From Gekko japonicus (taxonomy: Eukaryota), in NCBI RefSeq assembly GCF_001447785.1, contig NW_015168670.1, forward strand, positions 501,932 through 565,931: a stretch of 64,000 nt of DNA, in the 5' to 3' direction. The notes beneath the pieces were generated by a model. It was not told the origin of the DNA. It saw nothing but the letters and a program-made list of their open reading frames with translations, and made no database searches. Shown here piece after piece: positions 62,535 through 64,000 of this stretch. A program made the position numbers and the translations under genes. Positions within the stretch are counted from its first letter, which is position 1. Every line of letters starts with the position of its first letter.

Positions 62535-62948
62535 CAAGGGTGTCAAACATAAGGCCCGGGGGCCAGAACCAGCCCATCCAGGGCTCTTATGTGGCCCGCA
62601 AGTAACTGATGCAAGGGAGGGAGTGCTGGGGCAGTGGGCAGAGCCACTCCATTGTGGCTTCAGCATGGCAGAACAACCTCATCTGCAGCAGTGAAGCATC
62701 GTGGGACATCTGCCCAGTGCTGTACTGCTGCCTCTCCTGTCTCACTATGTGGGTTTTCCTCTGCATCCCCCTCCCAGCCCATGGGGCCTTGCAGTGAGGA
62801 TACACCAACTTGGAGCTTACCAGCTGCTGTCCTTTATACGGTTTCCATCTGTACCTGGCGTTATGTTTTATGGCATACATGGCCTGGCCCGACAAAGTGA
62901 CATTTATGTCAGATCCAGCCCATGTAACAAATAAGTTTGACACCTCTG
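62535..62948. mobile_element. hAT (Charlie-like) MITE
   Basis: TIR caagggtgtcaaac / gtttgacacctctg; ctagat-containing target on both sides. Confidence 0.75.
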
Positions 62949-62949
62949 C

Positions 62950-63920
62950 TCTAGATGTTTCAAGGAACCATCTAGAAGCCTAGCAGTCTGCCCAAGTATT
63001 TGAAGACAGACTGGTCCATTCCGGGTAACAAGAATTCATTGCCAAAAAATTCTATGCCTTGCCTGATGGAGCAATGGAAGACCTCACAGTTGATGCCCCC
63101 AGCGGTCGCCCTGCATTCAGTTACTGTGCTTTCCAAGGATGGGGACAATGTATTGAAGGATCCAGTTGACAGAACAAAATAGCACTTAAAAATCTCATGA
63201 AATGGCTTTGCCGGCAATCAGGGTTTTTGCTGTTCTCTCAAATTTCACATGTACGATTGTTATTTGGGCAGACAACCTTTTACAAGAGTCACATCTGGAC
63301 CTGTTGACACTTAAGTGTTCTCTACTTAAAATGAAATGGGCAGCTGAGTTTGTGTTGGATGCTTCTCAAGACGCTATACTATTTTGCGCCAGGGCACAGG
63401 CTGCAAATGTGGTTGTCAGGAGGAACCTATGGCTAAAATGTTGGAAGGTGGACTCCTTATCCAAGTCCAACTTATCAGTAGAAAAATTTTCAAGAAAACT
63501 ACTCTTCAGAGAAAAACCCTTGGACAAAGTTCTAGTGGAAACCAGGGAGAAGAAGTGACTGCACCTTCGGATGCCAACCTATGTTCCAATGTAGACAATT
63601 TCCAACAAACAAGACAGTTGCTTCGGGAAAGAAGCCCTCTGCCTGACAACAAGATTGGGGGCCATTTACAGGACTTTGTCCATATTTGGAAGGAGTCAAC
63701 TATAGATCATTGGGTCCTTTCACCTGCGGAGCTCGGCTACAAAATAGAATTCTTGACTTTCCCACCACATCACTTTATTCCTTCTCCTATCCCAAAATCT
63801 GTTCAAAAGCAAATTTTGCTGCAGGATGTGATCTAGCACCCACTTACCACCAGTGCAATAGAACCAGTTTCCCCTCAACAGTGCTTCCAAGGAGTTTATT
63901 CCATCCTTTTAATTGTCCAA
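62950..63920 (+). mobile_element. DIRS-type retrotransposon remnant (gag-like ORF + RT N-terminus)
   Basis: AAEFVLDAS..RRNLWLKCW..D..SK..L..F..KLLF...LD, then IGGHLQDFVHIW..DHWVL...GYKIEF...AIEPV...QGVYS. Confidence 0.75.
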
Positions 63921-63995
63921 CACTCTGTGTCACACGGTGGCCAGAAATACCAGGTGCCATCAGGAGGTCCACCAGTGGGGCCAGGACATTAGAAC
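63918..63995 (-). mobile_element. CR1 3'UTR fragment
   Basis: Matches 26318-26395. Confidence 0.7.
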
Positions 63996-64000
63996 CTTTT

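Noticed and set aside
1-64000. CRISPR arrays, operons or prokaryotic defence systems
   Set aside because: Eukaryotic intron-exon DNA; no regularly spaced repeat-spacer arrays seen

Overview
Vertebrate genomic DNA from a squamate reptile, probably a gecko (inferred from Sauria/Squam1, Squam2 and abundant Squam3 SINEs plus BovB). The gene order matches the block I recall at human 15q15.1. DNAJC17 (+, exons 2-11, 2185-21533; exon 1 lies outside the window) has C15orf62 (-, single coding exon 14757-15290) nested antisense in its intron 10. GCHFR (-, 3 exons, 40086->23608) converges on DNAJC17. RMDN3/PTPIP51 (+, CpG-rich promoter ~54.1-54.9 kb, coding exons at 55698 and 59295) is divergent from GCHFR and continues beyond the window. 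Much of the rest is repeats: CR1, L2, L1, RTE/BovB and RTE-X-like LINE fragments, tRNA- and 5S-derived SINEs, hAT-type MITEs with 8-bp TSDs, solo LTRs with 5-bp TSDs, Penelope fragments with decayed hammerhead cores, and a DIRS remnant. There are three small N gaps. Most interesting: (1) C15orf62 looks like a CRIB-less BORG/CDC42EP protein with an intact septin-binding-type LDLGPSLL motif; (2) GCHFR carries a 19-aa C-terminal extension; (3) an out-of-frame AUG sits at the first base of RMDN3 exon 2, so its Kozak strength depends on which first exon is spliced on; (4) several multi-layer TE nests. I see no prokaryote-style novel system. Gene and repeat identities come from recalled sequences, not from database searches.
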